Assembly: GCA_964624925.1 (NCBI GenBank)
Contig: CAZUYE010000002.1
Location: 688 to 64,687, forward strand
Direction of reading: 5' to 3'
Source: an uncultured Oscillospiraceae bacterium
GTDB lineage: Bacteria > Bacillota > Clostridia > Oscillospirales > Oscillospiraceae
DNA length: 64,000 nt
Under the pieces are notes generated by a model. That model was not told the DNA's origin. It saw nothing but the letters and a program-made list of their open reading frames with translations, and did not search any database. Every line of letters begins with the position of its first letter. The first letter of the stretch is position 1. Shown piece after piece: positions 29,688-39,172 of this stretch. A program made the translations under genes and the position numbers.

Positions 29688-31534
29688 ATGGCAGCCGCTC
29701 CGCAGCCTGCTAAAAAAAGCTATTTCTTCGACAAGGGCTACCGTGATCTGGGCAACACCATCAAGGGAGCCTGGCGGCGGAACTTCGATTCCATCGCCGG
29801 CTATAAGCTCAATCTGTCCGACCTTGGCGACAAGTCCCTGATCCCCAAGGTGTTCCTGGCCATTCTGAACGTGCTGGCCATGATCGCCGTCATCGTATTC
29901 GGCTCGGCCATCACGGCGGTCATCAGCGGCATCAACATCGTGGTGCTGGTGGTGTTCATGGCGGCGGTGTATTTGGGCTTCACCGTCATCTGGCTGGTGG
30001 ACCGTATCTATCTGATGCACAAGAAGATCTTCACCGCCTGCCATGAGTGCAAGGCCAAGAGCCTCATCCCCACCTACATCTGCCCCCGCTGCAAGGCCAA
30101 GCATACGAATCTGACCCCCGGCGTATACGGCATTCTCAAGCGCACCTGCAACTGCGGGGAAAAGCTGCCCACCGCCTTCTTCAACGGGCGGAAAACCCTG
30201 GAGGCGGAGTGTCCCCGCTGTGGTCACAAGCTCACCGACCGGGAGAGCCGCCCCATCTGCATCCCCATCGTGGGCGGGCGCTCCGTGGGCAAGACGGCCT
30301 TCATCACCGCCTTCTCCCGGGAGTTTATCGAGGCCGTCGCACCGGAGAATGGCTTCGACATCGAGTTCTACAACGACAAAAAGGCGGCCATCTACCGGGA
30401 GATCACCCAGGACTACAGCACCGGCAGCACCCGCATGACCACCCGGCCCCAGGACGTGAACCAGGCCAGTTCTGTGTCCTTCAGCTTCTTTGTCAAGCAC
30501 CCGGAGCTCTCGCCGGAGCGGCTGGTGCACGTCTATGACATCGCCGGCGAGGTGTTCACCGACAACAGCGAGAACGAGGTGCAGCAGCAGTACGAATACT
30601 GCCAGGGCATCGTGCTCATCATCGATCCCCCATCGTGGGCGGGCGCTCCGTGGGCAAGACGGCCTTCATCACCGCCTTCTCCCGGGAGTTTATCGAGGCC
30701 GTCGCACCGGAGAATGGCTTCGACATCGAGTTCTACAACGACAAAAAGGCGGCCATCTACCGGGAGATCACCCAGGACTACAGCACCGGCAGCACCCGCA
30801 TGACCACCCGGCCCCAGGACGTGAACCAGGCCAGTTCTGTGTCCTTCAGCTTCTTTGTCAAGCACCCGGAGCTCTCGCCGGAGCGGCTGGTGCACGTCTA
30901 TGACATCGCCGGCGAGGTGTTCACCGACAACAGCGAGAACGAGGTGCAGCAGCAGTACGAATACTGCCAGGGCATCGTGCTCATCATCGATCCCTTTGCC
31001 ATCCCCTCCATCCGCTATAAATACGAGGAACTGCTGGAGCCGGAGGATCTGGCCGGCATCGGCAAGGCGGATATCAACGACATCATCGACGCCTTCCTCA
31101 ACAAGCTGCGCCAGGTCACGGGACTCAGCGACAGCAAAATGTCCTCCGTGCCTCTGGCCGTTATCATCAGCAAGATCGATTCCGCTGGACTGGAGCAGGA
31201 CGTGGGCGCACGGGCCGTGAAAAAACTCATGGACGCCCAGCCGGAGCGCTTCACCGACTTTTTCGATACCCAGGATTATCTCTGCCGTCAGTTCCTCCGG
31301 AACAACGAGATGGAGAGCTTCCTCAACAGCATCAATATGCGCTTTCGGAACAACCGCTTCTTCGCCTGCAGTGCCATCGGCCACGCCCGGGACAAGGGCC
31401 GCTATCGCCCGGAGGGTGTGCTGCCCCCGATGGAATGGCTGTTCCGCAGTGCCGATCCGAAAATGGGCCAGCTGTGGCACGATCACAGCTTCTCCAAAAA
31501 GCCCCTTGGGGCCGATCATAAGAAGGAGGTCTGA
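29688..31534 (+). CDS. Membrane-anchored Zn-ribbon TRAFAC GTPase (DO-GTPase2-like), interrupted by a 365-bp duplication
   Basis: 2 TM, CxxC ribbons, G1 GGRSVGKT, G3 DIAGE, G4 SKID, G5 CSAIG; removing the duplicate gives 493 aa colinear with paralog 47717-49204. Confidence 0.85.
30265..30994 (+). repeat. Exact 365-bp tandem duplication (30265-30629 / 30630-30994)
   Basis: Copies identical by direct comparison; junction GATCCC|CCATCGTGGG. Confidence 0.95.
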
Positions 31535-31536
31535 GC

Positions 31537-32307
31537 ATGGACGAATTCACCCCCCTGCACCTGTTCGACGATGAGCCCACACCCGCTCCCCGGGAGGAGC
31601 CCGTGACGGAGGAGGCCACCCCAGAGGCCGAACCCGCCGCACCCGAGGCCGCCGAGGAGGCCACACCGGTGGAGGAGACCCCGGCAGAGACAGCAGCGGA
31701 AGAACCAGCCCCCGCAGAGCCGGAGCCGTCTCCAGATGCAGCGCTGAGCGCGCAGCTGGAGCAACTGAACCAGACACAGCAGCAGCTTGCGGAGCGCATG
31801 GACGCCCTGAACGAGCTCTTCAGCCAACGGATTCTGTATGCCGCCCATGAGGAGAAGATCGTTGATCAGATGCACCGCGAGCTCCAGAAGTACAAGGAGG
31901 ATCTGTACGCCCAGCTGCTGCGGCCCATCCTGCTGGACATTGTGGAGGTGCGCGACAGCATCCTGCGCATAGCCGCCACCTATCTGGCCCGGCCTGAGGG
32001 CGAGCAGAGCATCCCCAACAAGACCTTCTCCGACTACTCCTATGACCTGCAGGACATTCTGGAAAAGAACAACGTGGAGATCTATCACAGCGCCGGCGGC
32101 GATACCTTCACCCCCATCCGCCAGCGGGTCATCAAAAAGGTCCCCACCGCCGACGAGAGCCTTCATGGCAAGGTGGCAGAGTCCCTGTCCAGTGGCTACA
32201 GCTACGGCGGCAAGATCCTCTCCCCCGAGAAAATCAGCGTATATATCTACGAAAAGCCCGCAGAAAACTGTGAAAATGTGAATGACGAGGTAAGTGAAAA
32301 TGGCTAA
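31537..32307 (+). CDS. GrpE-like nucleotide exchange factor
   Basis: Acidic PEA-rich N-terminus, coiled coil, LLRPILLDIVEVRD, GDTFTPIRQ...KVAESLSSGYSYGGKILSPEKISV; directly upstream of Hsp70. Confidence 0.8.
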   Translation: MDEFTPLHLFDDEPTPAPREEPVTEEATPEAEPAAPEAAEEATPVEETPAETAAEEPAPAEPEPSPDAALSAQLEQLNQTQQQLAERMDALNELFSQRILYAAHEEKIVDQMHRELQKYKEDLYAQLLRPILLDIVEVRDSILRIAATYLARPEGEQSIPNKTFSDYSYDLQDILEKNNVEIYHSAGGDTFTPIRQRVIKKVPTADESLHGKVAESLSSGYSYGGKILSPEKISVYIYEKPAENCENVNDEVSENG

Positions 32308-33949
32308 ATACGTATTCGGTATCGACCTGGGCACCACCTATTCCTGCATCGCCTATGTGGACGAAAATGGCCGCGCTGTGGTCATCAATAACCAGGAGGG
32401 CACCAACACCACCCCCTCCGTGGTCAACTTTGCCAGCCCCACCCAGGTGGTGGTGGGCCAGGTGGCCAAGGAAAACGCCGTCATCGACCCCCAGAACACC
32501 GTCTCCCTGGTGAAAACCCTGATGGGCAAGAGCGCCTTCGCCATCAACTATAACGGCGAGGACAAGTCCCCCGAGGAGGTCTCTGCCTACATCCTCCGCA
32601 AGCTGACGGAGGACGCCGCCCGCCTCATCGACGCCGAGGTGCACGATGTGGTCATCACCTGCCCCGCCTATTTCGGCACCGATGAGCGCACCGCTACCCG
32701 CAACGCCGGTGAGATCGCCGGGCTCAACGTCATCGAGATCATCAGCGAGCCCACCGCCGCCGCGCTGTACTACGGCTGCTCCCGTGACCCCGAGGAGAAG
32801 ACCATCCTGGTCTACGACCTGGGCGGCGGCACCTTCGACGTGACCATCATGCGCATCGCCCCCGGCAAGATTGAGGTCATCTGCTCCGACGGCAACCACG
32901 AGCTCGGCGGCAAGAACTGGGACGACGCGGTGATGCAGTATCTGGCCGGTGAGTTCTGCAACGAGACGAACTTCAGCGGCGATTTCGACGAGTACACCCA
33001 GCAGGATCTGCGCATCAAGGCCGAGCGGGCCAAGCAGCAGCTCTCCTCCCGGCCGGAGGTACCCGTCATGCTGGATGCCGCCGGTCTGCGCGCCCGCATC
33101 AACATTTCCCGCAGCACCTTTGACGAGATCACCCAGGCCCTGCTCAATGAGACCCTGGAGAAGACCGACGCCGCCATCGCCGCCGCCGCCAAGGAAGGCT
33201 ACACGGTGGATGAGATCCTGCTGGTGGGCGGCTCCACCCGTATGCCCCAGGTGCGGGAGGCTCTGGTGGCCAAGTATGGCATGGAGCCCAAGATCCTGGA
33301 GCCCGACGAGGCCGTGGCCAAGGGCGCTGCCATCTACGCCCTGGGCGCCTACGAGCTGAAGGTGGAGGAGTGGAAGGAGAAGGTCGCCTCCGGCGAGGTG
33401 GATTCCCACGACGAGGAAGCCCAGGCAGAAGCCAAGAAGTATGAGGACGAGGCCACCGTCAGCACCGCCGATATCCCTGCCCTGCGGGGCCACCGGATGA
33501 GCGAGGTGCTCACCGTCGCCACCACCAAGAGCTATGCGCTGAAAGTGCTGCGGGGCGGCGTGGAGCAGTGCTGCAACATGATCATCAAGAACGTGGCCAT
33601 GAAGGACGGTTCCGTCAGCGTCACCAAGCAGTTCGGTACCGCCGAGGCCGATCAGGAGACAGCGGAGCTGGTGGTATTTGAGAGCGACTTCACCGATGAG
33701 TACTTCCCCGTGGACGAGGACTTCGTTCTGGGCACCTGCTCCCTGGAGCTGCCCGGCGGCCTGCCCGAGGGCGCACCCATCCAGGTGACCTTCACCCTGA
33801 ACAAGGAGGGTATCCTGGAGGTCACCGGTCTGGATATGACCGCCCGCAAGGAGATCCATGCCACCATGCAGGCAACGGCCGGCACCACCATGTCTAAGGA
33901 AGATGTCGCAGCGGCAAAGGCAAAATCCAAGAACGTCACTGTGGAATAA
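32300..33949 (+). CDS. Hsp70-family protein lacking the helical lid (not canonical DnaK)
   Basis: GIDLGTTYS, EPTAAAL, YDLGGGTFDVT, LVGGSTRMPQV, PDEAVAKGAA; ends after beta-SBD. Confidence 0.92.
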   Translation: MAKYVFGIDLGTTYSCIAYVDENGRAVVINNQEGTNTTPSVVNFASPTQVVVGQVAKENAVIDPQNTVSLVKTLMGKSAFAINYNGEDKSPEEVSAYILRKLTEDAARLIDAEVHDVVITCPAYFGTDERTATRNAGEIAGLNVIEIISEPTAAALYYGCSRDPEEKTILVYDLGGGTFDVTIMRIAPGKIEVICSDGNHELGGKNWDDAVMQYLAGEFCNETNFSGDFDEYTQQDLRIKAERAKQQLSSRPEVPVMLDAAGLRARINISRSTFDEITQALLNETLEKTDAAIAAAAKEGYTVDEILLVGGSTRMPQVREALVAKYGMEPKILEPDEAVAKGAAIYALGAYELKVEEWKEKVASGEVDSHDEEAQAEAKKYEDEATVSTADIPALRGHRMSEVLTVATTKSYALKVLRGGVEQCCNMIIKNVAMKDGSVSVTKQFGTAEADQETAELVVFESDFTDEYFPVDEDFVLGTCSLELPGGLPEGAPIQVTFTLNKEGILEVTGLDMTARKEIHATMQATAGTTMSKEDVAAAKAKSKNVTVE

Positions 33950-33958
33950 AGACGTGCT

Positions 33959-33997
33959 GCCTGCCACAAGAACCCCCTCTTGTGGCAGGCGCATTTT
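33959..33997 (+). terminator. 13-bp intra-operon hairpin (partial terminator or mRNA stabiliser)
   Basis: GCCTGCCACAAGA-ACCCCC-TCTTGTGGCAGGC then GCATTTT. Confidence 0.65.
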
Positions 33998-34013
33998 ATA
34001 GGGAGGTATCACA

Positions 34014-36140
34014 ATGGGAATACGCGTTGGAATTGATCTGGGCACCACCTTCAGCGCCGTGGCCCGGATCGACCCCGCCACGGGCAAGCCCGTGATCATC
34101 AGAAACTCTTTTGGCCTGTCCACCACGCCGTCGGTGCTGTGCTTTCAGCGGGATGGCAGTGTCCTGTTTGGCGATGATGCCAAGAACATGCAGGCCGTGG
34201 GCGATACCAACGCCGTGGCTTTCTTCAAGCGCAGCATGGGCAACCCGGACTTCGCCGTGGAGATCCTGGGCAAGACCTATTCCGCTACGGATCTGTCCGC
34301 CATCCTGCTGCAGAAGTTGAAGGAGGAGGCGGAGCAGGAGTGCGGCGAGAGCATCGATGCCGCCGTCATCACCGTGCCCGCCTATTTCCGGGAGCCAGAG
34401 CGCGCCGCCACCTTGGAGGCCGCACAGAAGGCGGGGCTGAATGTCATCAACATCATCAACGAGCCCACCGCCGCCGCCCTTGCCTATGGCCTGAACGAGA
34501 AGACAGAGCCGCAGACGGTGCTGATCTACGACCTGGGCGGCGGTACCTTCGACGTGACCCTGGCACGGATCGACCGGGACGAGATACGCATCCTGGGCAG
34601 CGACGGCGACCACGAGCTGGGCGGCAAGGACTGGGACGACTGCATCGCCCGGTATCTGGCCGGCGAGTTCCAGGAGAAGTACGGCGTTGACATCAGCCGG
34701 GATCCGGAAATGGTGGCCTCGCTGCTGGTCACAGCGGAGAACGTGAAGCGGCAGCTGACCCACCGGGACGCGGTCAAGGTGCCCATTTGCTTTCAGGGCA
34801 TCCAGGGCAGAATCGACATTACGGAGCATATCTTCGAGGATATCTCCAGCTTTCTCATCGGCATCACCCGGGAGGTCATCGACCGGCTGATGGACTCCGT
34901 GGAAATCGGCTGGAGCCAGGTTGACGGCGTGATCCTGGTGGGCGGCTCCACCCGTATGCGCATGATCCACAACTACGTCCAGGAAATGTCCGGCAAGCCG
35001 CCGCTGTACGGCGTGCACACGGACGAGGCCGTGGCCCTGGGCGCCGCCATCCGCGCCAACATCACGGAAACCGGCGAGGCCGTGTCTCTGAGCGGGCGAA
35101 AGAGCCGTGGCGGCGAAATGGTGGCCATCCGGGGCGCCAAGGCCGTGACCGATGTCACGGCCCACTCCATGGGCATGATCGCCGAGAGCGAGGATGGCGA
35201 GGCCTATATCAACAGCACCATTATCAAGAAGAATAAATCCATTCCCGCCGCCGATACCCGTTCCTACAAGCTGCGCACCCACAGCGGCGACAACGAGCTG
35301 GAGGTCTATGTGCTCCAGGGGGATCATCGCCGTCCCCTGGACAACACCATCATCCACAAATACGTCATCTCTGGCATCAAGCGCACCAACTCGCCCTCCG
35401 CCATCATCGATGTGACCTATGCCTACACCGTCAACGGCGTGGTGGAGGTGTCTGCCGTGCAGCAGGAGACGGGGAAGAAGCTGTCCATCCGGGTAGAACC
35501 CGTGCCGGAGGATATGAGCTGGACGGATCTCTCCCCCCGGGAGAACCGGTCCGGCAGCGGCGGACGGATGCCCTCCGTGGACGTGCTGCTGGCCGTCGAC
35601 CTGTCCGGCAGTATGTATATGAACAACGGTGAACCCATCAGGGAGGCCAAGGCCGCCATGGACACCTTTGTGGATCAGATGGATCGCTCCTGCGTCCGCA
35701 TCGGTGTTCTGGCCTTTGCCGACCAGACGGAGCTGGTACAGGCACTCAGCGACAACTATAAGGCGGTGCACCGGGCCATCTCCCGGCTGGAGTCCGTAAA
35801 GGTGGGCTTCGGCAACAGGACGCATCCCTTTAATCAGGCGCTCAGCCTCCTGCAGGGTGGTCTGCTGAAAAAGCAGGGCGAGGTTCGCTATGTGGTGGTG
35901 CTCACCGACGGCTGCTGGAGCAACAGCTCTGCGGCCATCAACGCCGCCAAGAAGTGTCACCGGGATGGCATCGAGGTCATGGCCCTGGGCTTTGGAACCG
36001 CCAACGAGAGTTTCCTCCGGGAGATCGCCTCCACGGACGAGTTCGCGTCCCTGACCGATCTGTCCGGCCTGAGCAGTTCCTTCTCCAAGATCGCCCAGGC
36101 CATCGGAGATGGTTCCACCGGCCTGCGCGTGAAGGAATAA
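34014..36140 (+). CDS. Hsp70-vWA fusion protein
   Basis: Complete Hsp70 NBD motifs and beta-SBD, then vWA MIDAS DLSGSM...T...LTDG. Confidence 0.9.
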   Translation: MGIRVGIDLGTTFSAVARIDPATGKPVIIRNSFGLSTTPSVLCFQRDGSVLFGDDAKNMQAVGDTNAVAFFKRSMGNPDFAVEILGKTYSATDLSAILLQKLKEEAEQECGESIDAAVITVPAYFREPERAATLEAAQKAGLNVINIINEPTAAALAYGLNEKTEPQTVLIYDLGGGTFDVTLARIDRDEIRILGSDGDHELGGKDWDDCIARYLAGEFQEKYGVDISRDPEMVASLLVTAENVKRQLTHRDAVKVPICFQGIQGRIDITEHIFEDISSFLIGITREVIDRLMDSVEIGWSQVDGVILVGGSTRMRMIHNYVQEMSGKPPLYGVHTDEAVALGAAIRANITETGEAVSLSGRKSRGGEMVAIRGAKAVTDVTAHSMGMIAESEDGEAYINSTIIKKNKSIPAADTRSYKLRTHSGDNELEVYVLQGDHRRPLDNTIIHKYVISGIKRTNSPSAIIDVTYAYTVNGVVEVSAVQQETGKKLSIRVEPVPEDMSWTDLSPRENRSGSGGRMPSVDVLLAVDLSGSMYMNNGEPIREAKAAMDTFVDQMDRSCVRIGVLAFADQTELVQALSDNYKAVHRAISRLESVKVGFGNRTHPFNQALSLLQGGLLKKQGEVRYVVVLTDGCWSNSSAAINAAKKCHRDGIEVMALGFGTANESFLREIASTDEFASLTDLSGLSSSFSKIAQAIGDGSTGLRVKE

Positions 36141-36150
36141 GGAGAGACAT

Positions 36151-39100
36151 ATGGCAGACAACTGGTATATCATTCTGGAGCTGGACTTCGACCCCCCGGT
36201 GGAGGACGAACAGATCATCTCCGCCAAGATCGACGAGCGGGCCAAGTTCTGGTCCACCCATTTCAACGACTTCAAATTCGGCGCACAGTACCGCGCCTGG
36301 CACCAGGGTCTCCCCCGCATCAAAAAGGAGATGCTGGGCCCGGCCAACATCCGCGCCCAGTTGGCCGCCGATGCCTGCACCCAGGTCTATGGACCGGTGG
36401 ATCGGCTGCTGAAAACCATCGGCCGCAAGGGCTACATCACCGGCGAGGAGGGGGACAAGCTCGCGCAGAAGCAGAAGGTCTCTCTGGACGTGGTGAAGCG
36501 CCGGGCCACCAAGCTGGGTATCAAGTGGGACAGCAGCGGCGGCGGCAAGGACTACCAGGCCACCTATGACAAGTATTACAAGGCAAAGCCCCAGAATGCC
36601 GCCTCCTTCGACGGCCTGAAGCCGATGCTGGCTGCCTTCGGCGTGGAGGATCTCTATGCCTTCCTCTATGCTGGCACCGACACCAAGGATGGCAGCAAGC
36701 TGCCCTGCGACAGCCTGCGGCAGCGGAGCGCCGAGCGGAAAAAGAACGAGTTCTTCAAAAACGACAGCGTCAGCGGCACCGGCGCCAAGCTGTGCGGCCA
36801 GTGTGAGCTCACCTTCAAGGACGAGAGCAGCAAGGCAGTCTATGACCAGTATCTGGAGTATGTCCGCCGCCGGGCCATTCTGGACGATGCCCGGAACATC
36901 GCGGACATCTCCGGTACGCTGAGCAACGAGGAGTACGACGTATACATCGGGCAGCTGACCCAGCTGTTCCGCGACCGCAAGCAGGCGGAGGACGTTCTCG
37001 TGGCCTTCTGCAAGGTGGAGAAGATCACCTGCCCGGCCATCCAGGCAGAGCGACCCAAGCTCAACGTAAAGGTATGCCGCTGCGGCTGCATCAATGACGT
37101 GTCCGACGGCCGGCGGGTGTGCAGCAACTGCGGATTGGAGCTGGAGATCAAGTGCCCCAAGTGTGGCACCGTCAACGATGCCAACATCAAGGTCTGCAAG
37201 TGCGGCTTCCGCTTTGAGAACCTCGACCGGGCCCTGGCCTTGTGCGAACAGGCGGAACACGCCATCGATGCCCTGGAGCTCACTGTGGCCCGGGCCCATC
37301 TCAGCGACGCCGGGCGCTACTGGCCCGGCAGCAGCCGGGTGCAGGCCCTGGAGGGCCGCCTGCGGGAGGTGGAGCAGCGTGTGGGCCGCGAGGTAAGCAA
37401 GCTGCGCAGCGCCATGCAGGAAAAGCACTACTGCGAGGCCCGCAGCCTGTATGCCGGTATCCGCAAGCTGTTTTCCGGCTATTCCGACGCCGCCATGGAG
37501 GAGGAGATCAGCCAGGCCATCGCCAAGGCCCAAGCCCTGCTGAGTCAGGCCAAGGCGGCCCGGGTGGAGAAGGATGTGTTTGAGCTGTGCGCCCGGGCCT
37601 ATGAGCAGTGCGCCGACCTGCCCGGTGTGAAGGAGCTGATGCCGCCGCCCGCGGCGGTGACGGGTCTGCGCGTCACGCCGGATCCCCTGAGCCGCAGCAA
37701 CCGTGTCTCCTGGCAGGGCAGCAGCGACCGCTCCATCCGCTATGTAGTCGTGCGCAGCGCCACCGGCTGGATCCGGCAGATCGCGGAGGGGGAGGTCATC
37801 TACCGCGGCAGCGCCTCCACCTACGCCGACGGCGGTATCAAGCCCGGCCTGACCTATTACTACAATGTGTTTGCCGAACGTGCCGGTGTGTGCTCCCCGG
37901 CGGACAAGGGCGCGTCGGCGGTCAATCTGTTCGAGATCTCCCATGTGGCCCTGACGGCGGCGGATGCCTCGCTGCGGCTGTCCTGGGATCCCTTGCCCGA
38001 AAACGCCACCGCCGAGCTCTATGAGCTCTCCGGTGGCAGCAAGAAGTACATCGCCTCCACCTCCTCCGACTGCTATCTGCTCTCCGGCCTGCGCAACGGC
38101 GTCAGCTATTCTTATCAGGTGCAGCTGGCCTATCAGGTGGACGGCAAAAAGCAGCTCACCCCCGGCGTGAGCAAAAGCGGTGTGCCCGACTGCCCGCCGG
38201 AGCCCATCGACACCCTGCGGGTCAGGGCCGGGCAGGACGACAGCTTTGAGGCCGTGTGGACCCAGGAGGGGAACCTGGATGTTCGCCTGTTCTGCACCAC
38301 CAAGAAACCCGACCATCTCCCCGGGGACATCGTTCCCCTGTCGGAGCTGGAACGGGAGATGCGGCCTCTGCAGCAGCGGCCCCTGTCCCCGGCCGCCCAG
38401 CGTGAGCTCAAGCCCGGTCAGCGGGGCGCGTCCTTCCAGCACAGCGGCACGGAGCTGCTGTATGTCACCGCCGTGGTGGTGAAGTCCGGATCCGCCGTAT
38501 TTGGCTCCCTGGCCCGGGCCTGCAAGGGAGAGACGGTACAGATCAGCGGCATACAGCCGGTAAACGGGAAGCTCCACATCTACATGACCGTGCCGCCCAC
38601 GGCCACGGGCTTCGTGGTGCTCTACCGCTTCGACCAATTCCCCACGGAGCTGGGCGATCAGCAGGCCACCCGCCGCTACGTCCCCCTGAAGCAGTATCAG
38701 CTCAACAGCGCCATCGTGCTGGACAGCCCGGAGCCCCGGCGCTACTACGTCTCCGTCTTTGCCGAGTTCCGCCGCGACGGGGATAAGGACTACTCCGCCG
38801 GCGCGGACTACCTGTTCGACAACTCGCCCCGGGAGAACATCACCTACTCCATCGCGGTCAACCGCCCGCTGCTGGGTGAGAAGCACATTATGCTGGAGTT
38901 TGAGGCGGCGCATCCGTCCTTTGAACTGCCCGCCATCGACATCATGTCCGCCGTGGGGAACGTGCCGATGTTCAAGGCATCGGCACGGCTGCTGCACAGC
39001 ATCCCGGCCCAACACGTGGACGGCAGTCTGCGCGTGAAGATCCCCCTGCCCAAGGGCCTGGCCCGGGGCACCTATATCAAGGCCTTTTTGCAGGATGAAA

Positions 39101-39159
39101 AGGCACAGGCAGGTCATCAGCTGCGCCTGAAGCTGCACTCCAGCTATCAAATCAGTTAA
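36151..39159 (+). CDS. 1002-aa multidomain protein: degenerate J-like helices, double Zn ribbon, TPR-like helices, FN3-like repeats
   Basis: DNWYIILEL, FKDESSKAVYDQYL; CRCG..CSNCG..CPKCG..CKCG; VSWQ..YADGGIKPGLTYYYNVFA and LSWD..LRNGVSYSYQV. Confidence 0.7.
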   Translation: MADNWYIILELDFDPPVEDEQIISAKIDERAKFWSTHFNDFKFGAQYRAWHQGLPRIKKEMLGPANIRAQLAADACTQVYGPVDRLLKTIGRKGYITGEEGDKLAQKQKVSLDVVKRRATKLGIKWDSSGGGKDYQATYDKYYKAKPQNAASFDGLKPMLAAFGVEDLYAFLYAGTDTKDGSKLPCDSLRQRSAERKKNEFFKNDSVSGTGAKLCGQCELTFKDESSKAVYDQYLEYVRRRAILDDARNIADISGTLSNEEYDVYIGQLTQLFRDRKQAEDVLVAFCKVEKITCPAIQAERPKLNVKVCRCGCINDVSDGRRVCSNCGLELEIKCPKCGTVNDANIKVCKCGFRFENLDRALALCEQAEHAIDALELTVARAHLSDAGRYWPGSSRVQALEGRLREVEQRVGREVSKLRSAMQEKHYCEARSLYAGIRKLFSGYSDAAMEEEISQAIAKAQALLSQAKAARVEKDVFELCARAYEQCADLPGVKELMPPPAAVTGLRVTPDPLSRSNRVSWQGSSDRSIRYVVVRSATGWIRQIAEGEVIYRGSASTYADGGIKPGLTYYYNVFAERAGVCSPADKGASAVNLFEISHVALTAADASLRLSWDPLPENATAELYELSGGSKKYIASTSSDCYLLSGLRNGVSYSYQVQLAYQVDGKKQLTPGVSKSGVPDCPPEPIDTLRVRAGQDDSFEAVWTQEGNLDVRLFCTTKKPDHLPGDIVPLSELEREMRPLQQRPLSPAAQRELKPGQRGASFQHSGTELLYVTAVVVKSGSAVFGSLARACKGETVQISGIQPVNGKLHIYMTVPPTATGFVVLYRFDQFPTELGDQQATRRYVPLKQYQLNSAIVLDSPEPRRYYVSVFAEFRRDGDKDYSAGADYLFDNSPRENITYSIAVNRPLLGEKHIMLEFEAAHPSFELPAIDIMSAVGNVPMFKASARLLHSIPAQHVDGSLRVKIPLPKGLARGTYIKAFLQDEKAQAGHQLRLKLHSSYQIS

Positions 39160-39172
39160 AGGAGGCCCCGTC

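Noticed and set aside
30635-31534. Separate 299-aa GTPase gene
   Set aside because: It is the 3' part of the 29688 gene, displaced by the 365-bp duplication
31537-36140. Housekeeping grpE-dnaK-dnaJ heat-shock operon
   Set aside because: No hrcA, no CIRCE seen upstream, no HPD-containing DnaJ, and the Hsp70s lack the lid and canonical linker
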